From an uncultured Pseudomonadota bacterium (GTDB taxonomy: Bacteria > Pseudomonadota > Alphaproteobacteria > Rs-D84): a stretch of 64,000 nt of DNA. A program made the position numbers and the translations under genes. The first letter of the stretch is position 1. Each line of letters begins with the position of its first letter. A model generated the notes under the pieces. The model saw nothing but the letters and a program-made list of their open reading frames with translations. It ran no database searches and had not been told where the DNA came from. Shown piece after piece: positions 16,309-27,100 of the stretch. Location: assembly GCA_937885575.1 (NCBI GenBank), contig CALABO010000016.1, forward strand, positions 4,392 to 68,391. Direction: 5' to 3'.

Positions 16309-18114
16309 ATGTCAAAAAGGATATATGTGGACGCGGTCCACCCGGAAGAAACACGCGTTGTCGTTGTTGATTCCACCAATAATCGCGTTTCTGATTTTGA
16401 CGTTGAAACCACGACTAAACCCCAGATAAAAGGGAACATTTATCTGGCCAAGGTTATTCGGGTTGAACCGTCGCTTCAGGCCGCATTTGTTGATTACGGA
16501 ACGGGGAAGAATGGTTTTTTGCCGTTTTCGGAAATTCATCCGGACTATTACCAAATAACGCCGGAACAGAAAAAGAAACTTATCGAACTTGCGCATGCGA
16601 ACATCGTTGACGATGACGAAGACCCCGATGACGAGGGGGACGAAGTCGCCGACTATGACGATCATAGTGCGGGCGAAGACAACAAAGAATTTGCAAAACG
16701 CGCACGCGAATTCAAAATCCAAGATGTAATTAAACCAAAGCAAATCCTGCTGGTCCAAGGGGTCAAGGAAGAACGCGGACAAAAAGGCGCATCGATGACA
16801 ACATATTTGTCATTGGCGGGTCGCTTTGCGGTTTTGATGCCGAATTCGCGTAAACGCAACAGTTATGGTATTTCAAAAAAGATTTCAGACCGGCCGGAAC
16901 GCGCGCGTTTGCGTGAAATTTTGCACACACTTAAAATTCCAAAGGGCATGACGGTTGTTTTGCGCACGGCGGCAATGGGTGCAACGGCGGCGGAAATTTC
17001 GGCGGACTATGATTACCTGGTGAACCTTTGGAACGAAATTCGCAAGACCACATTGGAATCGGTTGCGCCGGTGATAATTCATACCGAAGATTCACTTTTG
17101 CGCCGTGTTGTTCGCGATTTTCTTTCGGACAAAGATGATATTTTAACCATCCAAGGCGAAGAGGCGTTCGAAGCCGCAAAAAATTATTTCCAACAAATGT
17201 ATGGCCACGCGCCACGGAAACAATTGGTCCTTTACAAGGATGATGCGGTGCCACTCATGGTCAAGGCCGGCGTTGAAAAACAATTGGAAGGATTGCATGG
17301 CCCGTATGTGCAATTGCCGTCCGGCGGTTCGATTGTTATAAATCAGACCGAAGCGATGGTGACGATTGATGTTAATTCTTCGCGCGCGATAAAGGAAAAA
17401 GACATTGAACAAACCGCACTGAATACCAATTTAGAGGCGGCGGAAGAAATCGCCCTGCAACTGCGCCTGCGCGATTTGGCGGGGATTGTAGCAATTGATT
17501 TTATCGATATGGAAGAAGAACGCAACAACCGCAAACTTGAAATGAAAATGCGCGAAATTATGAAGCATGACCGCGCCCGGACTCAGGTAGCAAAGATAAA
17601 TGCTTTCGGGGTTTTGATGCTGTCGCGTCAAAGATTGCGCAGCAGTTTTATCGAATCTTCGTATGTTGCGTGTCCGCACTGTATGGGTGCCGGCGTGGTG
17701 CCAAGTATTCAGACCGCGTCGATTATTCTGTTCCGGCACTTACAGGAAAAATTGCTGGCCAAGGCGGCACAGAAAATCATCATGACCGTGCCGACCGATG
17801 TCGCGATTTATATCCTTAATCACAAACGCGCGGAATTGAACGCGATGGAAAATGAATTTGGAACGGAAATTGTGGTTGTTGGCGATGACAGTTTGATGAA
17901 CATTGACCAATATTCGATTCAACGCGTTGCCCCGGAACAGGTAAAAACCGATGAAATCCTTATGGCGAACGCGCCGTCAACGGATGCGAAAAAGAAAAAC
18001 GCGCAACATGTAGAGGCGAAACGCACAACCATGAATGCGCCACATCGCACACGCAAACGCCAAAATCAAAAAGGTAAAAAGAAACCAAGTTTATGGCGAA
18101 AATTGGTCGGATAA
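16309..18114 (+). CDS. rne: Ribonuclease E/G family endoribonuclease (RNase E catalytic core with an acidic insert in the S1 domain), 601 aa
   Basis: N-terminus IYVDAVHPEETRVVVVD, S1 domain, DNase-I-like core (TIDVNS...), Zn-link CPHCMGAG. The acidic insert DDDEDPDDEGDEVADYDD is typical of alphaproteobacterial RNase E. Confidence 0.85.
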   Translation: MSKRIYVDAVHPEETRVVVVDSTNNRVSDFDVETTTKPQIKGNIYLAKVIRVEPSLQAAFVDYGTGKNGFLPFSEIHPDYYQITPEQKKKLIELAHANIVDDDEDPDDEGDEVADYDDHSAGEDNKEFAKRAREFKIQDVIKPKQILLVQGVKEERGQKGASMTTYLSLAGRFAVLMPNSRKRNSYGISKKISDRPERARLREILHTLKIPKGMTVVLRTAAMGATAAEISADYDYLVNLWNEIRKTTLESVAPVIIHTEDSLLRRVVRDFLSDKDDILTIQGEEAFEAAKNYFQQMYGHAPRKQLVLYKDDAVPLMVKAGVEKQLEGLHGPYVQLPSGGSIVINQTEAMVTIDVNSSRAIKEKDIEQTALNTNLEAAEEIALQLRLRDLAGIVAIDFIDMEEERNNRKLEMKMREIMKHDRARTQVAKINAFGVLMLSRQRLRSSFIESSYVACPHCMGAGVVPSIQTASIILFRHLQEKLLAKAAQKIIMTVPTDVAIYILNHKRAELNAMENEFGTEIVVVGDDSLMNIDQYSIQRVAPEQVKTDEILMANAPSTDAKKKNAQHVEAKRTTMNAPHRTRKRQNQKGKKKPSLWRKLVG

Positions 18115-18141
18115 AAAATTCCCCGTTTGGGGAATTTTTTT
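18113..18141. terminator. Bidirectional rho-independent terminator (A-tract, ttccccg-ttt-ggggaa, T7)
   Basis: Lies between convergent rne (+) and the lipoprotein gene (-). Confidence 0.7.
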
Positions 18142-18745
18142 ACTTCAATTCACTTATCACGTCGGCGATTTTGTATGATAATTTTGCAAGCAATTTACTT
18201 TGTGTGGCGACAATTGCGTCATAGTTCGGATAACTTGCGTCCAGTTCCGGGGTGTCCGCGGTTTGTGTCATTTTCTTTTGTGCGACTATGTCGCCACGAT
18301 TGTTGGTTAATGTCCACCATGCCGATATCGTAATTTTGCCATTGATTTCTGTTTCAAACCGGACAAAGTCCACCGACAAAATGTATTTTGCATTGCGCGC
18401 CTCAACTGAATTTTTTGTTGGTCGCGCGCTAATGTTTTTCGCATACATATTCATATTTTCAGAAATCACAACTGGTAACGAATTCGCGGGTTCATCGATC
18501 CAACGGTCAAATTCAGAAACCATCATCATGTTCGAATTTTTGTATTTCATAACAATTTGCGGGCGGTTGATTGATTGTGGCACGGTGACATTTTCAATCG
18601 CAACGGTTGTCACATGTGCGGGCCCACGAATTTGCGACACATCGGGCGCGGTAAATGTGTAAAACCGCGCGGGTTCACTGGTCCGCCAAAGCGTGCAGGC
18701 AGAAATCGCAAATGTTGCAACAATCAAACAAATATATTTTTTCAT
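18140..18745 (-). CDS. ABC-transport auxiliary lipoprotein (PqiC/YmbA, DUF330-like), 201 aa
   Basis: Lipobox ISAC; last gene of the mlaE-mlaF-mlaD cluster, the usual position of the DUF330 lipoprotein. Confidence 0.55.
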   Translation of the reverse strand: MKKYICLIVATFAISACTLWRTSEPARFYTFTAPDVSQIRGPAHVTTVAIENVTVPQSINRPQIVMKYKNSNMMMVSEFDRWIDEPANSLPVVISENMNMYAKNISARPTKNSVEARNAKYILSVDFVRFETEINGKITISAWWTLTNNRGDIVAQKKMTQTADTPELDASYPNYDAIVATQSKLLAKLSYKIADVISELK

Positions 18746-18746
18746 T

Positions 18747-19523
18747 TTAATATCCTCCTTTTCCTTTTAATAATGCCTCTGGGTGGCGTTCCAAATAATC
18801 GCTAAGCCGGGATACCGCACGTGCGGCCTCGCTAACGTCGCGAATCATTTTGTTAAAGTCCGACATTGTTGTCGTACCGGGCCCCGCAATCGAATCCGCA
18901 AGGCGATTTATACTAACCACCGCTTCGGTCGATTGGCGCATCAATGCCGGCATATCATCGTGCAGTTGCTGTAAAACACTGTTCACATTTGTTGATATAT
19001 CTGACAATGGAATTTTTTCAAGATTTTGCGAAATTTCATCAAACATCGACGGCACAGTTGGGATTTCAATATCTTCGATTCCGTACTTTTCCGCCTGGAA
19101 ACGCGGGGGATATTTCGGATAAAAATCAAGTTCGATTGTCATTTGTCCCGTCAAAACATTTTGCGTTTGCAATTTACCTTTTAATCCGTGACCAATTAAA
19201 TCGTTTATCCATTCTTTCATTTCCGAACGCGACATTTCGCCCTGCGCCGTCATACGCGGATCAATGCGGACATAGACGGGGATAACAATTTTATCTTCGT
19301 TATTTGGAATAAGTTGTATTTTTTCCACGTGTCCAATCGGCACGCCACGAAAGTAAACATTTGAACCAACCGACAGGCCCTTGACCGAACCTTCGAAAAA
19401 CAAAACCGGAGTCACATAATTGCGGTCAAACCGCCGGCCAAAAAAGAACACGACAGTTCCAATGATAATCAAAATGATTAAAAATATAAATCCGCCTATT
19501 GCGCGCCGCGATGGTTGTTTCAT
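18747..19523 (-). CDS. mlaD: MCE-family protein (MlaD-like substrate-binding component)
   Basis: N-terminal TM helix followed by an MCE domain (GSVKGLSVGSNVYFRGVPIGHVEKIQL). Confidence 0.8.
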   Translation of the reverse strand: MKQPSRRAIGGFIFLIILIIIGTVVFFFGRRFDRNYVTPVLFFEGSVKGLSVGSNVYFRGVPIGHVEKIQLIPNNEDKIVIPVYVRIDPRMTAQGEMSRSEMKEWINDLIGHGLKGKLQTQNVLTGQMTIELDFYPKYPPRFQAEKYGIEDIEIPTVPSMFDEISQNLEKIPLSDISTNVNSVLQQLHDDMPALMRQSTEAVVSINRLADSIAGPGTTTMSDFNKMIRDVSEAARAVSRLSDYLERHPEALLKGKGGY

Positions 19524-20305
19524 TTTTTACCCCCTTTGCATTTCGTTTCACGCGTCAGAAATTGTTTAATTTCCGTGTTTTTTGTCGTCTGTAAAATCTT
19601 TTGCGGCGCACCGTATGCAAGCACCGTTTTATTTCCGATATATACCGAATTTGTCGCTATTGACATTATTGATGACAATTCGTGCGTTACCAATACGATT
19701 GTTGTCCCAAATTTTTTGTTTATTTCAACAATCAAATCATCTAACTGCTTTGAACGAACGGGGTCAAGACCGGCGGATGGTTCATCGAAAAACAATGCAC
19801 GCGGATTCAACGCCATTGCCCGCGCAAGTGCCGCACGTTTTATCATGCCGCCACTTGCGTCCGCGGGAAAAATATTTTCGTATCCGGAAAGCCCCACAAG
19901 TTGAAGTTTTTTGTGAACTTCTTTGTTTATCTCTTTACGTGACATATTTGTTTTCATTTCCATTGGCAATGCAACATTTTCACCAAAGGTCATTGATGAA
20001 AACAACGCGCCACTTTGATACGACACCCCAAATGTTTCAATTATTTTTTCGCGCGCACGTTCCGACATTGCCCATAAATCTTGGCCGCCCACAATCACAC
20101 GACCCAACATCGGTTTATTTAGTCCAACAATCGAACGCATAATCGTGCTTTTGCCGCACCCCGACAATCCCATAATCACAAAGATATCGCCCGCGTTTAT
20201 ATTGAAATTCAGATTTTCCACAACGACGCGCCCGCCGTACCCCAGCGTTAGATTTTCGATACTGATAAAAGTCCCTGCACCTTTCCGCATCATATTCCCA
20301 ACCAA
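19520..20305 (-). CDS. mlaF: ABC transporter ATP-binding protein (MlaF-like)
   Basis: Walker A GLSGCGKST, ABC signature LSGGMIKRAALARA, Walker B FFDEP. Confidence 0.85.
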   Translation of the reverse strand: MVGNMMRKGAGTFISIENLTLGYGGRVVVENLNFNINAGDIFVIMGLSGCGKSTIMRSIVGLNKPMLGRVIVGGQDLWAMSERAREKIIETFGVSYQSGALFSSMTFGENVALPMEMKTNMSRKEINKEVHKKLQLVGLSGYENIFPADASGGMIKRAALARAMALNPRALFFDEPSAGLDPVRSKQLDDLIVEINKKFGTTIVLVTHELSSIMSIATNSVYIGNKTVLAYGAPQKILQTTKNTEIKQFLTRETKCKGGKK

Positions 20306-21138
20306 TTAAATACCAATGTTAATATCGCCGTTGCAACAACGCACCCGACAATCGCCATAACCACCGCGCGTGTTGTCGCCCGCCCTATTCCGGCCGCGTT
20401 CTTTTCGGCGCGCAGGCCACAGATGCAACCCGTTATCGCAATCACCCAACCGAAAATCCAACCGTGAAAAACGCCGACCGCAAAATTCTTGAAACTTATC
20501 CAATCAAGGGTTGTTTGCCAATATTCCGCGATTGAAACATTCATAATTGATATCGCAACACACATGCCACCAAATATCGCAACCACATCTGCAATAATGG
20601 TAAGCAATGGCATAGTTATCGTCAGGGCGATGACACGTGGCAAAACCAAAAATTCCATTGGTGAAATCCCCATGGTTTTCAGTGCATCGATTTCATCGTT
20701 CGCGCGCATCGATCCGATTTCCGCGGCATACGATGCGCCTGTGCGGCCGGCCATAATTATGCCCGTCATAATTGCACCAACAATACGCACCATGGAAATC
20801 GCAACAAGTGCCGCAACGTAAATTTCCGCGCCGAACATTTCCAATTGCATGTGGCCGACAAACGCGATGATTAAACCGATCATAAAACTTATCAGACACA
20901 CAATCGGTATCGCACGCAGGCCGGCGGCATGAATTTCAACCCACAAATCAACACGTCGCATGTCGCCGCGTCCGCGCAACATATAATACATTGCGCGAAA
21001 GACACGACACACAAATCTACAATTGTTATAAATGGATTGGCCGGTACGAACAGAAAAATCACCAAGACGCCCAAAGATATCATCTGGATCCCTGGGCGTT
21101 TGGTTTGGTTTTTTCAAATGATTTCTCCCCCCGTGCAT
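20290..21138 (-). CDS. mlaE: ABC transporter permease (MlaE-like)
   Basis: MlaE-family TM pattern and EIGSMRANDEIDALKTMGISPMEFLVLPRV. Starts 12 nt after the giant gene stop. Confidence 0.85.
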   Translation of the reverse strand: MHGGRNHLKKPNQTPRDPDDIFGRLGDFSVRTGQSIYNNCRFVCRVFRAMYYMLRGRGDMRRVDLWVEIHAAGLRAIPIVCLISFMIGLIIAFVGHMQLEMFGAEIYVAALVAISMVRIVGAIMTGIIMAGRTGASYAAEIGSMRANDEIDALKTMGISPMEFLVLPRVIALTITMPLLTIIADVVAIFGGMCVAISIMNVSIAEYWQTTLDWISFKNFAVGVFHGWIFGWVIAITGCICGLRAEKNAAGIGRATTRAVVMAIVGCVVATAILTLVFNWLGI

Positions 21139-21150
21139 ATGTCGTAATCC

Positions 21151-24100
21151 TTACCACATCTTGTATCCCGGTTTACAGGTTCGAACACATTTATTGGTGC
21201 GTTCATCCCAAACCTTGGTTCCGGTTTCATCGGTTTCGGTTTCACAAATCGAGACACATTCGCCATTTTGCAACGCGTACTTTTGCCCTTGGTACATGCA
21301 CGCGGCGATTTCGCATTCGGATACATAACTGCTGACCGCGACATCTTTATTCGGGTCACCATCAACATAACGGTTCGCGCATTCAACACAGGACTTGTAG
21401 TCGGAACTCGGTTCATATCCCGGATCACACTTTGTCACAAAGCATTCCCAAGAAGACGGTCCAACTTGTTCACTTTCGGCACTGCCGTGTGCAACGGTGC
21501 AGGTATCCCGGACACATGCGTTACCGGATTCATGGTACCCATTGGCCTCGTCACATTCAATGACCGTGCAGGGTCCGTATGTTCCGATCGCCGGGTTCCA
21601 AATGCGGGCCGCACTGGTCGCATTCGGGATTGAACATGCACGCGTATTGCTTACGCATTCGCCATGTTCAATATGTTCATCCTGTGCGCAACTGTTCGGA
21701 TCAATAAAGCATTCCTTTTTCGATGTTGCACCCGGCAAAGATGTCTTGCCATCCGGACAATCCTTGCAGGTCAGACCATCGTCACCGTATTGGCCGGCCG
21801 GGCATATCGTGCACGATGCGGTGCAATCGTTGTTAAAGTTGGAATCAGTGCAGGTAAGTTCTGGGTAACCATATCCCAGTTTACAGGTCGTTGGATTCCA
21901 ATTGCAGATATTGCCATTGTTCGACACAAATCCGCAACCAGAATTCACACCGTCACCATTGATTTCGCATTCGCAATCTGTACATGTACCGTTCACTTCG
22001 ACCTGTTTGTTTCCGCACTGCGTGCACGATGCAGTGCAACTTGTGGTATCGTCTGAACAATCCAACGTCGGGTTCACATAACCGGTCTGGCAACTTACCG
22101 GCCCCCATGCACATGTATCGTCATCGGTTGACAATGTTCCGCACGATGTTGTGCCGGTTCCGGCGGTGCAATTACATTGCTGGCACTGATTATTCAACGA
22201 TATCTTATCGGCCGCGCATTCGGTCCAATCTGCGGCAAGTACCGTTGCACCATCTGTTTTATAGGTGTATTCCGTACCAAGGTTTGCGTAACCACTATCA
22301 AACGTTCCCACACCACCAGATTCAACCGCCCATTGGGTCATTATATGACGCGGTTTGCGATAGTGTTCCGCACTCCAATCAAGCGTTGTGAACGGTGCAT
22401 CATATGTCACGGATTGTGTATAATTCTGATTTGGTGTTCCACCGTTCGGTTTATATGTGATACCGTTTTCATTTGGATATGTTTTTGCCACACACTTTTG
22501 TAATGTAGAATTCCATTCATATCCCGTATGACAGGTCACCACGCATTCGCCAGGATTTGGGATATCCAATGTGCAGTGATCTTCCGGCAAGCAATTATTG
22601 CAATATACCGCGCGGAAGTTTTTATCGGTTGTATAATTCCAAGTCACCGTATCACCGGCCGCGTGTATTTGTTGGTCGCCATCAAACTCCCACCCCGCGA
22701 ATGTGGAGTTCTCACGAGAACACCCATAAACCGTAGCATTTGCCTTGATTGTGTACGGTGTCCCATAACCCACAAGTTCACTAACTGGCGGAATGCCCGT
22801 ACCCGTACCACAATTGTAGATTGCATTGGATTGCGAAAGGGTGCAAATCGGTGCACAGTTTGTTCCGTTGCATTCGCATCCACCGTATATATAACCATCG
22901 GGGCAGCTTTCCTCGCTCGCATTGCACGCACATTCGTTGGAATTTGTGGCATATGTCGTGCAACCATCCGCATCGCATGTGCACTGTGCCCATTGTGCCG
23001 ACAGTGTTGTATCGGTTGCGTCATTATAGACATAATTACCCGAAAGTGTCGCGGTCCCGTTTGTGAACGTGCTGCTTGACCCGGATTCAACGTTCCAATG
23101 TGTCATGATATGATTGGTATATGTGAATCGTGTGCCGCCCTCGGTCGTGAATGATTGACCATAGTAAACACCTTGGTTATATGTTTCATTCGTACCGTTG
23201 TTTGACAGGTAATGTATGGTATGTGCACCCGGTACGCATGCATCAGCCGATGAAGAACCCGCCGGCGATGTGTATCCGTTCTGACACGGCACACAAGTAT
23301 TACCCGATTGATATGTGTTCGCCGGACAAATTTCACATTGGCAATTTTCATTAGACACCCAACCATCACCGCATTCATTATAACTTACGACACAGTTAGT
23401 ATCATTGCATACAACATTCGCGTTTCCGTCCTCATTTCCGTAACCCACCAAGCACTGACCAACCGCAGTACAGGTATTGTTCGCTGTGGCACCGGGTGTG
23501 CAAGATGCGGCACCATTACCAGTCGTGCATGTACATGGTATGCATTCACCATTGACGATTACTTCGCCCTCTTGGCATTCGCCACATGTCAATGTACAAT
23601 TCGTGTTACCCGTTCCCGTACATTGCATATTCGGTGAAACATAGCCATCCTGGCATACTGGGTTTGTCCAGTTACAAGTATTGCCGGCGGTAGATAATGT
23701 TCCGCACGATTCCGCGCCAGTGCCAGTCGTGCATTCGCACGATTCCCAATGCGCATCCAACCAGGTATCGCCCGCAGTATTATACTGATACCAATGATTC
23801 AATTCCGGATAAGCACCACCCGATACTGTATCCCATACCGTGATAATGCTGTTAGTTTTGCTAAATATAGTGCCCTGCTTTGTCACAAATCCACTATTAT
23901 ATGTCACATTTTGGATTACAGGTTGATCTGTTACACCAGTTGCTGTATTTACGCCACCGGCTGCTTGGTATGTGATTGTGTATGGATTACCGTTGCCATA
24001 ACAATCTTCGATCGATGTTGAACCCGCAGGCGATGTATAACCTTCTGGGCAACTCTCACATTCGAGACCATTCGGTCCATATGTCCCAGCTGGACACACC

Positions 24101-27100
24101 TGGCACTTTACGGTGCAAGATTGATTGCTACTACCTTCGCAGATAATGTTCGGATAACCGTATCCCAAACCGCATGTCGCCGGTCCCCAGTTACACATAT
24201 TATCACTGATAGACATTGTCCCGCACGATACAGCGCCCGTTGTAGTGTCAGGCGTGCATCTGCAATCCGTACAATCGCCGCTCACTTCAACTTGATTGGC
24301 AGGGCAGATACCACAAGATGCGATGCAACTTGTATTGCCTGTGCCTGTGCAATTCCATGCAGGATTCACAAAGCCGGTCAAGCATGCCACAGGATGCGTC
24401 CATTCGCATGTATTGGAAATGGTTGACAAAGATCCACATGATGTATTTGTCGCCCCTGTGCCAATTGTACAGTTACACTTGACACAATCATTTCCAATTA
24501 ATATTTCATCCGATGCGCACTGAATATTAGTATATTCTGCGGTGAATGTTTGGTCAGATGTATAATTCCATGTGATACGGTCACCAGCCTGGTGCAATTG
24601 ACCATCACCATTGAACCGCCACCCTGCAAAGTTAAATCCGGTCTTTTGACAATTTGCGCCACCTTCATTCTTTACAGTATAATCGGCATCATATTCGGCC
24701 GTATCTGTGGCGGTTACCGGCATACCCGTTCCGTCACCACAATCATAGGTTATATTTGATGTGATCGGATTACATACAGCGGCCGGAGTATACGCCGTTG
24801 GCTGATCCAGTTCGTATCCAGTGTCGCACCAATTTATATAAGCGCATGTATCATTCGTCACAATCGGTGTACACCCAGCAACATGCGGATTTAACGGATT
24901 AATACACTGGCATTGATTCCATTGTGCCTTAATCTTGTGAGTGGATATTCCACTGTACACACCGACATTGTTGTATGTGCACATTACGTTTGTTCCGGCC
25001 GAGTACAAATCATTACCCGTGGCCAATTTCCACCCAAGGAATTGCATAGCATTGTTGTTATGCGTCGGTGCCGCCGCCAAGGTCAGATTGTTTGCCGGAT
25101 GTGTGCCACATGATTCACAGGCCGGAGATGTGCAGCCATTGCCATCGACACAGAATTGGCAACTGCCGTTCTGGTCAATCGGATTCCCGCCGTTTTCGTC
25201 CCAATCGACGGTTATCGTTTCTCCATAACATGATGTTGCGGCCACCCCTGATGTAAAGCCATTATCACAAGATTTACATTCGTTGCCGTCCTGATATGTG
25301 CCGGGCTCGCATTGCCGGCAAGATGCATTACAATTTGTATTGCATTCGCCGGTACATGTCGGCAATTCGTTTGGAACATATCCAGGCATGCAGGTAACGG
25401 TCGGGACACAGGCATTATTCACAACGGACACCGAACATCCCTGGACCCCGGTTCCCGATGTGCATTGGCACGCCACCCAATCGGCCAACAAGGTTGTATC
25501 GTTTTCATTAAGGTAAGTGTATTCCGTCGAAAGTTCCGCCACCCCATCTGGGAATGTATAGGTGGTTGCGTTACTAACCCAACGGCAAAGCACTTCGCCA
25601 CTCTTACTAAACGTGTCGCCACCAAGTGTTGTGAATGTTTCATTCAGTCTCAAACTTTGTGTTCTGGGCTGGGTCGGTGTTCCGCCGTTTGGTTTATATG
25701 TCAACGTGAACCGTGGATCTGGTGACAGGACGCAACTGCAACTGTTTGTGTCCCAAGTATAATCGTTGTTGCAATTGATTGTGGCAACGCAACTGTTCAC
25801 AGTGCAAGAACCATTAGCGATACCGTTTGCGGGGCACCCTTCGCACCAATGGGCATACCATGTCACATCATTATTTATTGGTGTTCCCGGTTGAACCTGT
25901 TGCCCGCCCGTCGCGTCGGTCCACCAACCCACAAAGTTATATGTCACACCACACGCATCACGTGTCGGATCGATCGGCCATTTGTCTGTTCCAACCTGAC
26001 TCGCATTCCAGTGGGCATACCACGTGGCGTCGGTTGTATAGCCCTTGCCATCATCCATACCATCCTGGGTAATATAACTCTTTAGTTGCCCGCCAACCGA
26101 CCGTGCGTCTGTGTACTGGGTGACACCAGATGCCGTTTTATAGTATCCATTGAACGTTAGGTTAACGCCCCTATCCGTGATGGTTGCACCATAGCAATTC
26201 GGATCATCATTATCACAATGATTGAATGTTGCGGTAACAACACAATTCGGCAACTTATCTACCGATAATGGATGGTCGGATATAGTCATCAGGTATTGAT
26301 TTGTCCGCGCAGGATTCAGGTACACACCGGTATTTTCGGTTGTATAGAGCTTTTCCTGGCCTGGTGTTACATCACCCCCGCAATTCGCATCCAATGTGAT
26401 TTCATGGTCAGCCAATTTTGTACACTGAACCCCAACATCGGTGCTTAGGTAGTAATCCGGCGTATAACCAGGTTTGCACATGATTGTAAACGGTTCACAA
26501 TATTGCGTTGACGGAACATCATGCACACATTCATTACTGCCATAATACTGTGCCCCCGATACCGAAGATGTTAATTGCGGATAAACACAGGTAAGAACTC
26601 CCTCCTCATTAGGACAATCCGACACCGGTTGTGTGCACGGGATTTCGACATTGCATGTTTTGTAACAATGTTGTGGTGATGTCGCATTTATGTTGGAATG
26701 GTCGTATCCCGTCGGGCATGTCTTGCAAGAACCGTCAAAATACGATCCATCTGAACATTCTTTATAATGTGCATTGAGCGTTGGATTATCGTCTGTGAAA
26801 ATCCACAAGATCGAATCACCCGGCCAATATGTGTTAGAATTCAAATTGAATTTCCAATTTTCGAATTCATGTGCCCTTGTCGTTTCCGTGGCCGGTTTTG
26901 AACAAGGTATAAAGTTTTCACGCACAGTGTATGATGTATTCTGGTATGCAAGTTGATTGTCGGTCGCACTGCCACCCTGACCATCTTCACTGTTGCAATT
27001 ATATGTCACCGTATATGACTTGCCAGACCAATGTGCACACAATGTACGATCACCGGAAACCGCTATGGTTTGATTACCCATGGACACAAGCGCCCCACCG

